Origin: Takakia lepidozioides | Lineage: Eukaryota > Plantae > Bryophyta | Length of the DNA stretch: 64,000 bases | NCBI GenBank assembly: GCA_030704615.1 | Contig: CM060731.1 | Location: forward strand, 40,796,001 to 40,860,000 | Direction: 5' to 3' | Shown here: positions 49,633 through 62,020 of the stretch, piece after piece | How the letters are laid out: each line of letters opens with the position of its first letter | Numbering within the stretch: position 1 is the stretch's first letter | The notes under the pieces: generated by a model | What the model was told of the DNA's origin: nothing | Seen by the model: the letters and a program-made list of their open reading frames with translations, nothing else | Databases searched by the model: none | Program-made: the position numbers and the translations under genes

Positions 49633-50825
49633 GGGGGTTGCTACACTGTGAGCTTGGAGACGTGAGCCTGTGAGCCCAGGAGCCCGTGAGCCCACCATAG
49701 GCTCACGCCACGTCATTTATGAATTCCGAACTTACAGGGCGTATTTCCGCGGGAGGCGCCTATAGCCGCGGATTGACTTACCTTTTTCAGTCATTGCAGA
49801 TAATGACTTTTACATCCATCCCACACAAGGTTTGTTTTTTTTTTTTTTGTTTTTTTTGTTTTTTCGTTTTCTTGTTCCTTCGCAGATGCCTGAAAAACAG
49901 TGTGCGGCACCGCACACTGTTTCTAGGGCTTCTGCGAAGCACGTTTTCTGTGCAGATGGCCATCCCATAGGAGTTTTTTTTATTTTTATTTTTATTTTTA
50001 TTTTTAATTTTTCATTTTTTCGTATTTTCGTTCCCTCGCAGCTGCCCGGAAAACAGTGTGCGGCACCGTACACTGTATTCAGGGCATCTGCGGTGCTTTT
50101 TTTTCTCTGCAGCTGCCCATCCCACACACGTTTTGTCTTTTTTTCATTCCCACGCAGATGCCCTGGAAGTAGTGTGCGATGTCGCACACTACTTTTAGGG
50201 CATCTGCGGTGCACGTTTTTTTTGCAGCTGCCCATCCCGCACACGGGTTTTTTTTTTTTTCCCCCGTTTCTATGTAGATGCCCGCAAAACAGTGTGCGGT
50301 GCCGCACACTGTTTTCAGGGCATCTGCGGTGCACGTTTTTTCTGCAGCTCCCCATCCCACACACGCAATTTTTTTTTTTTTGCCTGACAAGTACACCGGC
50401 ACAGAACACTCTCTTGAAATACAAAAAATGATCTATAAGAAAGGGGAGAGGCAAAGGAAAGGGGAATGGGAAGTGAACCCAGACGGGTCTCCTTTCAGTG
50501 TCGGTTTGTTTGCAATATGCAGCTTAAATTGACAGACTGCACAACGTTGCAGTCAATGAGTCTCTTTTCATTGTCGGTTTGTTTGGAATATGCAGCATAA
50601 GTCGGCATACTGTAAATGCGTATTCGCACGGTTATAGGTCCCTCGGGTATAGGTATCTTATCTTTTCGCCATTTGTGTTATGACATCTGCTGACATGGCG
50701 GACGCTCACGCTTATGTGGCGTGAACGCCACGTCATGCAGAGGGAGCCTGGGCTCACTCCACGTCAGCCAAGCGTGAGCTCAGCTCCCAGGCTCACGGGG
50801 CTGGGCTCACGCCGTAGCTACGCTA
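49633..50825. mobile_element. Non-autonomous MULE-like element with internal tandem hairpin repeats
   Basis: 9-bp direct repeat caaaacccc at 49624-49632 and 50826-50834. Degenerate TIRs rich in gtgagc/gctcac. The flanks rejoin into sequence homologous to 46180-46330. Confidence 0.75.
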
Positions 50826-53800
50826 CAAAACCCCCCGTACCATAGATCCACCAAGAGCTAGCTTGCAGAATTCAACATGAAAATTAGGGACAACTCTGAT
50901 AACAGGGAAAACAGCTGAAATGTATTGAAGAAGATACCGCTGCCTGGTTCTATCAACCGAGTCTGATGGGAAGGAAAAACAGGCTGAAATAGGTCAAAAA
51001 AGAAGGTGCCCTCATCACATTGTGTTTGACCTTGTATCATGACCCATGGAGGATTTGACTGACCATGAACCTAAGAGAACCTCTTGTGTGTGCTGCTTGT
51101 GTCTGTTGTCAAGTAATATCTAATTGGTCTGTGAGAACCACCACGGTGCAGCTGAGCGGTAGAAATTGAAGCACGGCCTGCTAAGACCAAGCTGACTCTT
51201 CCAAGAACCGTGTAAACATCAGGAAGGATACTAAAGCACAGTACTAACAGGAGCCAAGAGCCCACATTTGTAGGATGGACAAACTTCTTCACATCGTAAT
51301 TAAGAAAAAGCCACACCTTGCGATTGCGGTTGTCCCACCATCGTGAAGGATATTTAAAAACTCATGCCAACTCTGCTCCATGCTGCAAATTCAGGGTTGA
51401 GTCTGATGAGAGCGCAAAACAGGCTGAAATAGGTCGAAGAAGAAGGTGCCCTCACCACATTGTCCTTGACCTAAGACCAAGCTGACTCTCCCCAGAATGG
51501 CGAGCTCTCAGCCGACACCTAGCCTCGCACACATACCCTAGCGTTTGTCGGGTTGCTTGCTTTTCAGATGCGAAGGTTGCTCCAACTGCGGGCCTCCCAT
51601 GTTTGCCCTCCCTCCCGCTCACTGCTCTAAGGCCCAGCCCTCTCTCTCTCCCTCCCGCTCGCTTGCTCTAAGTCCCAGCCCTCTGTTCACAGCTACCGGG
51701 ATAGGCAATTTTTTTAAGAAATTAACCTTTTGCAAACCCTACAAGCAACTTTTGCAAAAAAAAATTAAACCTTTTGCACTCTGCAACAAGTTTTAAAGGT
51801 ACCATGTACTAGCTCTCCCTATTTTCTTTTACAATGTTGAATGATTCATATTTATGTCCCTGTACTGATATGGCCACACTTAATTTGACTCCCTTCAATC
51901 ATAATATGAGGATTGTTAAGCTTGCATTGCATTCGGTTTACATTGCAAAGTGCGACGACCACCTCTTCGTCTTTCCAAGGGCAGAAATCTGAAGTTCATG
52001 ATTTATTCCATTTGCAGCGGAGTACCAACTAAACCCATACACCACAATCAGTGGAAATAATTGTATGGTCCCATTTCACACAGGTGTGTAACATGCCATG
52101 TAAACTAAGCCAACCCCTGCCACACTCATGGCTGTTTTCACACCGTTCTTACCTGGGGTGTGGACCACATGTGAGACACCCCACAATTAGGGCATATTTA
52201 GACCCACACCTTGGCTCAGTCTACAGACCCGTGATAAAAGCCGTGGAATGTGTCAGGTGTGAGATGGCATACCCGTGGAAATAGCCGGTTTCTCTTCTAG
52301 TGGTTTATGCTAGCAATTTAAGCTCTAGAATAGCTCGTATGGTGGGAGTGACGTCCACTCCTCCCATGAGTGGTGTGCCACAGCCCCACCTACAGTCAGT
52401 CCTACCAGCTGCTCAGTCAAATGTGGTGTCACATGCCCTTCCCATGGGCATGCGGGCACCACAAGCAAGTTTGCCATCCTCTAGTATGGGACCAGCCATT
52501 AGTGGGGTTAATCAAAGTACTGCGTCTGCTGTTAATTCTATACATGTTGCCAATACCTCTTCTACTCCTACTCAAGCCACTGTTCCCTGCTGTGTTGCTC
52601 ATGCTTCTGTTCTTCCTGGGCACATAAACCACAGTTTGCCTTGTCATCTGATCCCTCAGCTCACCACTCAACCCTATCCAGAGTATAATATGGGGGAAGA
52701 CTTTGATAGGTACCTTCAAATGTTTGAAGTCATTGCTAGCGTCAATGGAGTGCCTGAGAACTTCAAGATGGTCATCTTTAGGATAAGCATGAAGGGGTCA
52801 GCTCTTGCTGCATGCAGCAGTCATGGATGATCCCAGCCTCAATTAGGCGACCCTTATAAAATGGGCTAAGACCTTGTTCAAGCCTCCTGAAAGACCTCTA
52901 GACTGCTTTGCTAAGCTCTCTCCCAGGACTTACCAGCCTGGAGAATCCATGTTGCAATTTTACATGGACATCAAGTCTACTGCTGTTGAGAACATCATTG
53001 ACCCGACAGAAATAGATTGCATGATCAAAAGGTATTTTCTCCTTGGCTTGCCCCCTACTATTCAAAATTGGGCTCAGCGTCGTTATTTTATTAATGACAA
53101 AACCATGTTAACAGAAATTAACCTTGAGATGGCAGACTTGGCTGACAGCAAATCAACGCAACATCATGCCAAGTTTCAAGCTCCAATGGGCTCTGAGCTT
53201 GGCATGGCTGCAACATCTGTGCCTTATGTTCCTCCTGCTATGCATTGTAAGACAGATGACTTCACCCTTCAATGATTGGCCAACATAGTAGGCAGTCTTA
53301 GTGAGTTTGTAGCCACTCAATTTACTGCTATGCAAGCCCACCAACAGCGTTGGCAGCCTCGTCAGGCACAAAGCCAACAAGTGGCAATAGTAGGAGTCGC
53401 ACCCAAACTGGGCAGGCATATGAAGGTAATCATGTTGCATGTTACATCTGTGGATCTTTTGAGCACTTGACTATTGTCCAGACAAGGCAGGCTTACCAGA
53501 GCTGATCAAGAATAGGAAAGTTGCTAGTGGTTCTTCCTCTCCTTTAAACTAGAGAGACCTCTTGGGAAGGGGACAAGAGGTCAATCATCTAGCAACCCTA
53601 CCTCTCTTATACCAGTTCAAGCTGTTTTATCTACTAACTTCAAGGCCTTGCATTGTCCTCTCAGTAGAAGGGCTGCTGACCAGCAGATCAGTCCCCTTAT
53701 GGCTCAGTGCCACATCCATGAGCTAAGCTTTCCCTGCGTGATTGATACAGGATGCACATATCTGCCATCCCTCTGAATGTAGTAAGAGTCCTTGGTCTTA

Positions 53801-56552
53801 AGCTATGCCCTGCTTCAGGAATTGAGGTTCTGATTGCTGATGGGTCAAGATATGAGCCTCTGGGATTAGTTACTGTGCCCATCAGGATTCACAAGAAAGA
53901 GGTGGTGGTGACTGTCACGGACATAGCCCAGAGGAACTTACCAGTAAATACTAGAAGTTACTAAATTACCATGTTATCAAAAGTTACCATGATCTACCAT
54001 GATTTACCATAAGTTACCATTAGTTACCGCGTTTCCATTGTTCCTTGTATGCAGGTCACCTTGGTATCAAGAAAACTGTGGCCCGCATCCAAGAGGTATA
54101 CTATTGGCTGGGAATTCACCAAGACGTCATCGAAGTGTGAAGGTTGTCGTGCTAACATTGATCTCCCTAAGGCCCGGATCTTGTATGAGATGCAGCCTTT
54201 GCCTGTCACCCATGCTTTTGCTCGTGTTGGCATTGACTTAGTAGGACCCTTCGCACTCACATCAAAGGGTCAAAGCTACATTTGTGTTGCTACCGACTAC
54301 TTGACTAAGTGGGTAGAAGTCCGGCCTTTGCGTTCCAAGGCTAGTGATGCTGTAGCTCAGTTTTTCTTCAATGAGATCCTTATGCGGCATGGGTGTCCAA
54401 GGGAGATACTAACGGATCAGGGCAAGGAATTTTGTAACCAGCTCTTCACGGTGATTTGCTTCAACTTCGGTGTTAAGCATTCCACCACCGCCCCATACCA
54501 TCCCCAGACCAATGGCCTTACGGAACACCTCAACCAAACTCTTTGCCGAATGTTGGAGAAGAATGGCGCGTTTACCAGGGAGTGGGATACCTTTCTTCCC
54601 CCTATTCTCTTTGCTTATTGCACCACCGTACATGCTAGCACCAAGAAGACTCCTGTTGAGTTGTTGTATGGTCGCAAGTATGTTTCTCCTTTGCATTCTA
54701 CCCCTCTTATCTCTACTGTTGCTGATCCGGTTGATCTTGAGACCTTTGTTGAGGATCTTCATGCTCGGCATGCGGTGTCTATCCATGATGCCAAGACAAA
54801 CATTGGTAAGGCTCAGCTAACCCAGGCCCGTAATTTTAACAAGCGTGTCAAGTATTCTAACCTGTTTCAGGTGGGGGACACCGTGTGCGATCGATTACAA
54901 CATGGCAAGCATGCATGCAAATCTAAGCTCAAGATCGACGGTCCATACTTGATCTATCAGATTTTACGTGGGTGACGTGCTCTCCTTCTTCCACAAGGCT
55001 CTAATACTGAAGTGCGGGATGAACATGTTTCCTTGACAGACTTGGTGCATTCCGAGCTAGTTTTTGATCTTACATGTATCAATGTGGAGGGGCGCACGGT
55101 GGGGTGGGTGATGTCTTGATATTCTTAGCTGATCTACTTCAGCTTGATCCTCTTCTCTTATCAGCGCCTTAGTCTTAGTTTGTGGATGGCGACTCTTGGG
55201 GTCCTAGGACTTGACCTCTCTAGGACTTCAAACATTTAGTTTCATGGCATATCACCATTTGTACTCCCTGCACGGTTGTGTGTCCTCCATTTCATCTCAC
55301 AAATAGCAATGGTCATTAACATTCTGCATGGGGGTCCTAGACATAAGCACACTGACCTCCTCAACTGATACTTCTCACATTCTCCCCTGTCAAGAAGCTT
55401 AACTTACCCATGGAGCCACAACACTATCAGTACACAGTTGATAGCAGACAGGAAAGGAGGGGAGACCTGAGATAAGCGAATTCCCAGTCTCAAATAATCT
55501 ATTTCAAGTCTAATCTTTGGTCCTAAGCAAACCTTCCCAAAACTGGAAGGTGACATCTTCTCCCCCTTTAAGATTCAGATGTATAGTCTACAATCTGTAA
55601 TTCAAAAACCTGCAGATTTCAGATTAGCTAGTAGCTTCTTTCAGGTGTCTTGCTTTAGGCTGGGACTAAAAAGGAGCAAACTCACTAGTTGAGAATCCTC
55701 ACAACTGACACCATAAGATGATGCTAGCCTCATTCCTTGCACATGATTGGGTGTGGAAGGTATGTGGACTACGGAAGGATGGTGTCCAGAAAACATAGTA
55801 GAGAGATAGGGTGTTACATACTCGAATAACAGGACAGGGACCACATTGGGGGAAATGGACTCTGGCCAGGTGACCATCCACATGTGCGATCACACGAATG
55901 AGGAGATGGAGTGGCAACAATGGTCCGGAGCCCCTTCAAGCTCAACTCATCAGACTTCTCCATATCAATTCGATGGCGAGGACCGAAAGTTGTGTTGGCA
56001 CTCTCTGAGGACTTTCCACAAGTTGATAAGGAGGTGGCAAGGCGTCTGATCACCCTCGACTCTATACCAGTGAGTGGTTTTTGCTCACTTGTGCTACAGG
56101 CGTTTTCTCCAGTTACCCAGATTTGATGTTTGTTGGATCAATAGTTTCATTCTGTCTCCAGAGCTTTCAGGATGTAAAGGCAAGTTTGATACATGATCAA
56201 CTTCAGCAGAACAAGGAGTGATAGCAGGGTTAGTTTCCACACTAGGATTAGTTTCAACAACAAGTTCCACACTAATCTGAAGAAGCAGGCTCTCCCCTTC
56301 ACTACAAGCTACACAAGACAAGTCACGAACAGTAGCCATTCCCTGCAACCACACCCCAACGGCACAATGTGAGATGGCGATATCACAACAGCACGAGAAA
56401 ATACGGCAAGGCGAGGAGCCGCCACTGATAACACGCATTAGCGAACCACTTAGGCAGCAAGATGTAGAGCAGATCCCGCGAGAAGGACCTAACTGACCCT
56501 GCCATGCGGGCAAGATCCACCAACGCCTATGGTACCCGGCTTCTCTCCACCA

Positions 56553-57011
56553 TAAAACAAGCCTGAAGCATATACTCATTTCCTCTCAAAAAGCAAGGTT
56601 GCACAACAAAGGGGCGAGCGGAAAGAGCAAGCAACGCGCGAGAGGAGGATCAAACACATGGATTTGACACAAAGCAGCTCTCATCCAAAGCTTGTACACC
56701 AAAATCACATATACACTAGCACCCGAGTACACCGCCCTGACCTTGTGTCAGGGCGCTGTCTTTATACAAAAGCCCTAGCTTTAGTGGCCCACCGCGTGGC
56801 GAGGCGCCACAAGCCAAAGCCCACGCCGCCGCCTTGTAGCCCTGGATCTGATGAAGGGCCAGGATTGAGCCACCAGCCAAAACTAACCCTAACCTAGATA
56901 TCATTGTAACGGTTTAACGGCTTTATACGCCCAACAAATATACTACGGATGTGTATCGCCGTTTTGGATGAAACGGGCCATTTCTAGGCTAAGCAAATAT
57001 GGGGCTTTACA
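56553..57011 (-). repeat. LTR-like direct repeat, copy 2
   Basis: About 95% identical by eye to 42364-42818. Confidence 0.8.
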
Positions 57012-58060
57012 CCTCCACCTGCTATGCTCATTTGCTAGAAGAGTCTATATTGATTGCTAATTGGGCTTGTGCTTTGGGAGCCTCTCCAGAGTAAGTGAGC
57101 CAGTTGCTTGGATGTTTGAATGAAGAATAATTTACGTGCTTGAAGAGGCCCAAGTTGCCTTTCCAAAACCTACCAATTTCCGATACTTGTGGGGTCGTCA
57201 TGTTGTGGATATTTTGGTGTGGATTGATCGCAAAGAGGAGGGAGATCCACATGGTTTTTCTCTAGAGGTAAATGATTCTGAGGCAATCTGTGTGGCCTGA
57301 TTTTGAGTCGTCATCTGCCAGCCACGGTGAGACTGAAGGCAATTGCTTATCCTAGTCTAGTTCACGTCCATAAAGATGTGGCATGCCATAGTCAGTCGTG
57401 GGAAGATTTAGGAGCGTTGGGATCCACTAATCCCACTGTGAAGGTTGCAATGCACCACTTGCACATGCCCAACATGGCTTCCTCTTCCAATGTGCAGCAA
57501 TTTGGTTATGGTATTTCATAGACAAGTCGTGGGACATTCAATGCTACTGATACGTATATTGTCTCCTTTGTTGGGCTTGGGGTGCAAGCGAAGATTCATT
57601 GACATTGATGTTGGGAACTATCACTGCAGGCTTTGTACTGTTTCCAAGTAGCATCAGTCATTGGCAACCCATGCCAAGCACCGAAAAATACACAAGGTAA
57701 ACGATTGACATATGTGAAGGTGCACTGGATAAAACTGGTTGGGGCATGTAACTTAAATAATTCGAAATTTTGAACTCGTATAAACTGTAAACCTCCCATG
57801 ATCCCTGCATGGTTGGCTCTATTGTGTTGAGAGGTGCCAAATTGTGAGAATAATTACCTGACAAGGACTTTATAGTGTAGTGAATTTATGCCATCCAAAG
57901 AGAGGGGGGGCATCTCCTGCATGGACAAATGTCTGATTCATGCAAAAGTAGATTGGACTTAGAGAATGCAAGGACACAACATTTAAGCTTTCTTTTGGAT
58001 ATACATCCAGCAACTCCTAGAAAAGTACATTTGTGAAAGCAAACGACCCTGATTCTTGTT

Positions 58061-61000
58061 TCAAACTTTCTCAGGGGCTTTCAGAGAGCCTTTGCAGGGG
58101 TTGACTCCATAGGAACTGTCTGCACCTTGGATTGAAGGAATGGTGGACTTTTGAGCTATTATAGACTGTCGACTTTTGTCAACCAACTTTTTCTTTGTGT
58201 AGACACCTGATTGAGAGAATCGCCGAATTGCATTCTCAACTTCTCTCAACTTCTGCTCCACTGCTGACTTTGATTTGACAAGACTGGGAATATCGACAAT
58301 CAAAGGAAATGACTGAAGCTTGTAGATTAACTCCACTTGGTCTGTGGCGTTGAGGAGCGTCAAGGATTAGATACATAACAGTTAAATGGCTTTGCCGTTA
58401 AAAGACAGTTGAAATAAAGAACCTGTATAGCGCATACCCCGGCTGCGTGGCGTGGCTAACGTGGCTGCAATTGAAGAATAGACTCCCATGGCTTATTGCC
58501 AAATGGCAATGCCCCCATCGGAGAAAGCCACTTTCATCTAGCAAGTCAAACATCTTCTCAAATTGAAGAACAAATGGTTTGGTTGACATGTGGAGACACT
58601 AGCAAATATATAATATCAATTTTCACCACTCCCGCTCATTGATGATGATAAATCAAGTGAATGATTGAGGCCATGGAGAGGATACTTTGTTGAAGGGACA
58701 GTAAAACAGCCTGTCGCTCATTCTCAGGCATCAGCACAAGACCTGGTGGCCATTTTTTGGCCTGCTCTTCTTTCTTTCTGCTGTATCAAGTTGTCATGAC
58801 AAATTGTTACATCAAACATGGAACCAAGTGTGGTCTGCCTGCGACTGACTGCCCTTGATCCATTCATCTACTACTGAAGTTTGAAAATGTGACAGTAGCA
58901 ATCCTCAGTACCTTGATTTGACAATGACATACTAGTCCTCAGCCAATATGACAAAGCGTACTCCCCACATAGTTGGTTGCAGCCCACCAGTGCCTGTCAT
59001 ATTTGACTCAAACTGCAATACTCACACACAGCCAACAATACTTCTACAGCAAACGTACTGTTCATTTATGGACCATCACACCCCCTCCTTCCCTCTTAGA
59101 AACCATACCCCAAAGACCCAAGTTTCCTACCAGATACATTCTTACAAGCAGGAGGTCTGTTTCAACCATTGCACCTCTACCTTGCAGCAGATATGACACA
59201 TGGGCCTGTGGTTTCCTAGTGACGGCATGAGAGAGAGTGAGAGAGAGTGAGAGAAAGTTACACGCAAACACACACAGATACAGATAGATATGCTCGCAGG
59301 AAGTGCAGAGAGAGAAAAAGAGAATCACCTCATTTCAGCATACTGTGCCAGCTTTGTTTTTCTCTTGAGAATGCTGCATTTAACATGAATTCAGGCACAC
59401 CTATTAAGTACATTCACCTCACATTCCCATATTCATAGGTACAACAATCCCATCACTACACTGAATTTGTTTACGTACTTGGCATTCCTTTAGCAGATAC
59501 ATCAATCTTTACAGAGTTAGGTGCCACCTGATGACGAGTAGATCTAGTTTATTTTTCTCTACTGTCGACCAAGAAAGTAAGTAGAAGGCATCAAACAAAG
59601 AGTCTTTATACCCTTCTCATTGTCCAACTACCTTAGTTAAAGTGCAAGTGGTGAGTATGCACTTGAATGGGTTGATTTTGTGTTTGATGCATATTTTCCA
59701 ATTGATTTTTGTTAGTCAAGGCAGTCTTACATCTTGTGATTTGAGCCGAGAGATTTACTCTTCGTCATAACGACACCCAGTGAATGAAAGGAACTTTCAG
59801 AAGTTATCTTACTAGGCTGGCACTTTCCCAAAATTTTCATTATGAACGATGGGATCTTGTTCTGGATCAGCTTCCGGAGGAGACGCTCCCTTGATAGCTT
59901 CCATATTCTTTGTAATAAAATCTGTGCTGCCCTTGATCTTTCTCTGTATAAGAGTTTCACGTGAAAGAGAGAAAGGGAGCAGAGAAATATGGAGACGTTG
60001 AACTCTATGAAGTGATTCTTAAACCCGAATACCAAAATGAATGACAGCGAGCATGCTAACAGAGCATGTTGTTGTCACATGTAACTGTTCAATTATTAAA
60101 TTAATAAGAACCCAACATTTGGTCACACTGTGATGCTTTCCCATGTAGATTAGGTCAACTTAAAACACATCTGGGATAATTGCATGACGAAGCCAGAGAC
60201 ACTACCATTAAAGCTCAATTGACTGCGAAATGGTATATGAATGCAATGCATACTTCTCTGGTTTTAGGGCGTTCCTGGCTTGCAGGTGTGGTCTCCTCAT
60301 GCTCTTGCTCTTGTACCCTTTGTTGTTCCTGATCCCCATCCTTGTTTGTCAACAGATGGCTAGGGAGAAGAATGGGTGTCGTATGTGCGGAGGGGAGGGA
60401 AGGGAGAGAATGTACTCATGAGACGTTGTTTGTCTATATTAGCTATCATGTCCCCACTGTAAGCCACCCCTGAGATTTTCACCCACTGGTATATGACGTT
60501 AGACCTGAATTGTCATAGATTGCAGGGTTGATGATAGAGTGGTGATTGATGGCTGACAATGACATCATACTAACAGTCCCACATGTTATGTTGGCACTGC
60601 TATTGTAGCCTCTTTCTAACAAAGACAAACTGGCTGTAGTGATAAAATGACTCATGATCAGTTTTGTCTCGCCTCGGGTGCTTACTACCAATATGACGAG
60701 AGAGCATTAAAGGTAGCAACATAGTGTAGGGATTGTATATCTATAGTTTTAATAGAAGTAAGTTCTACAGATTGCAGATATTCGCGAGCATTCAAGGTGT
60801 CACGATCCTGGAAACTCACGGCGCGATCGTCAAGATGGATGCTTACATTGCAGAGCACGATTTAGGGAGTCAACACATAGTGTAGAAAGCCCGATAAAAA
60901 AGAAAAAAGGGAGAGCGAGATGACCTGCTTGTGGGCATGGAGGCAAATGCTCATTTCAGAAATGGCTGCTCGATGCTCTTTCAAATAGTCACGCTTCACT

Positions 61001-62020
61001 TTCCCTTTTTGTATTTCATCCCTCCTGTCACATCAGCAGTTGTGAACCAAATGGCATTAGTTCTAATTGAAGTACTCACTGTGGTCATGGAAATATGGAA
61101 ACACAAATAATTGTGTTACATTATCCATATCAGTGATTACATCGCAAATGTACTTCCCTCATTTGTTGGGATGTTTCATGGATAGAGAGTGAAACTACAA
61201 TTATGATGTCAATGCCAGCCCTAAAATCAATACTCTACCCTTAACCAATTCTCGTTGGTTGTGCACAAAGACTGCAGTAATTTTTGGGATAAAGCCCTCC
61301 TACCAGCCTGGAGGGGGACTATGCCAAAGCATAGATTTTGGTCTTTCTTCACAAAACCAGTTGATGAGCAGACGCCAGTCGGAGGGTTCCAGTTTTCTCC
61401 CTCGGTCACTGACTCACTATTATCCCAATCATCTCTAGCATTCATTATACATTTGTCATTCTATGTCCCTTGGGTATGTTTCTTAGTTGCTCAAGCCAGA
61501 AGTCAAAAGGACCCTAGGGTTAAGCAAATACTTAGGTTCGTCTGGGGGAGGGTGGAATATGTGATCAAGCTGTGAGCTGTCATAGGTATGCCGAATTTTA
61601 AATTTCGTGTGCTCCTTGTTCTCATGGCCATTCTGCATGCAAACGACAAGTGATAAACGCAGGCTCTTCTATATTCAACTTGAACTGCATCAAGCAATGC
61701 ACTAAGAGGAGACCTCCCTCTCATTTCACCACATGAAGCCTGTCTTTTCCTCAGCATTTTGACATTCATACTTTCATGCATTTTGAATCAGTGACTTTCG
61801 AGACACACCAAGGCCCACATGCAATGTTGTTCACATTGGCTTTGGATCTGTGTAGCTAACCTTGGCGGGTACAGAACTTGGTCGCCGCCCTCGAGACTCT
61901 CCATCGCCTTCGTTTGGGCTCCGCCGCTGTTCATTTTCCTCTAGGCTCTCGTGTCTGCTTCCCGATTGGTCCCTCGCTGTGTCACCCTCGTTTCTGGTCG
62001 ATGTCTGTTTCTGTATCATC
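58061..62020 (-). CDS. Enkurin-domain protein (ENKD1-like), multi-exon; 5' exons uncertain
   Basis: Phase-compatible GT-AG exons 60254-60359, 59813-59943 (DFITKN...NFGKVPAY), 59329-59373 (ILKRKTKLAQY), 58686-58780 (PPGLVLMPENERQAVL) and 58061-58341 (KLQSFPLIVD...EQKLREVENAIRRFS). Further likely exons near 60924-61025 (KVKRDYLKEHR), 61245-61450 and 61861-62020. Confidence 0.8.

Larger units (their letters stand above)
44933..52302. mobile_element. Pack-CACTA-like element (7370 bp) carrying PPR gene fragments
   Basis: Left end CACTAGAAGAGAAACCGGCT, right end AGCCGGTTTCTCTTCTAGTG. TSD GTT at 44930-44932 and 52303-52305. ccacgg/ccgtgg subterminal repeats. No transposase seen. Confidence 0.92.
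43270..55110 (+). mobile_element. Decayed Ty3/Gypsy element (gag, protease, integrase; RT/RNase H missing), interrupted by a CACTA element
   Basis: gag-like PEYNMGEDFDRYLQMFEVIA (about 52680). Protease VIDTG (about 53740). Integrase 54049-54975 (HLGIKKT, CEGC, VGIDLVGP, ILTDQGKEF, GLTE). Purine tract ggggtgggtga near 55100. Left boundary uncertain. Confidence 0.8.

Noticed and set aside
49810-50454. 214-aa and 199-aa Cys/Lys- or Phe-rich ORFs
   Set aside because: By-products of palindromic tandem repeats and T-tracts.
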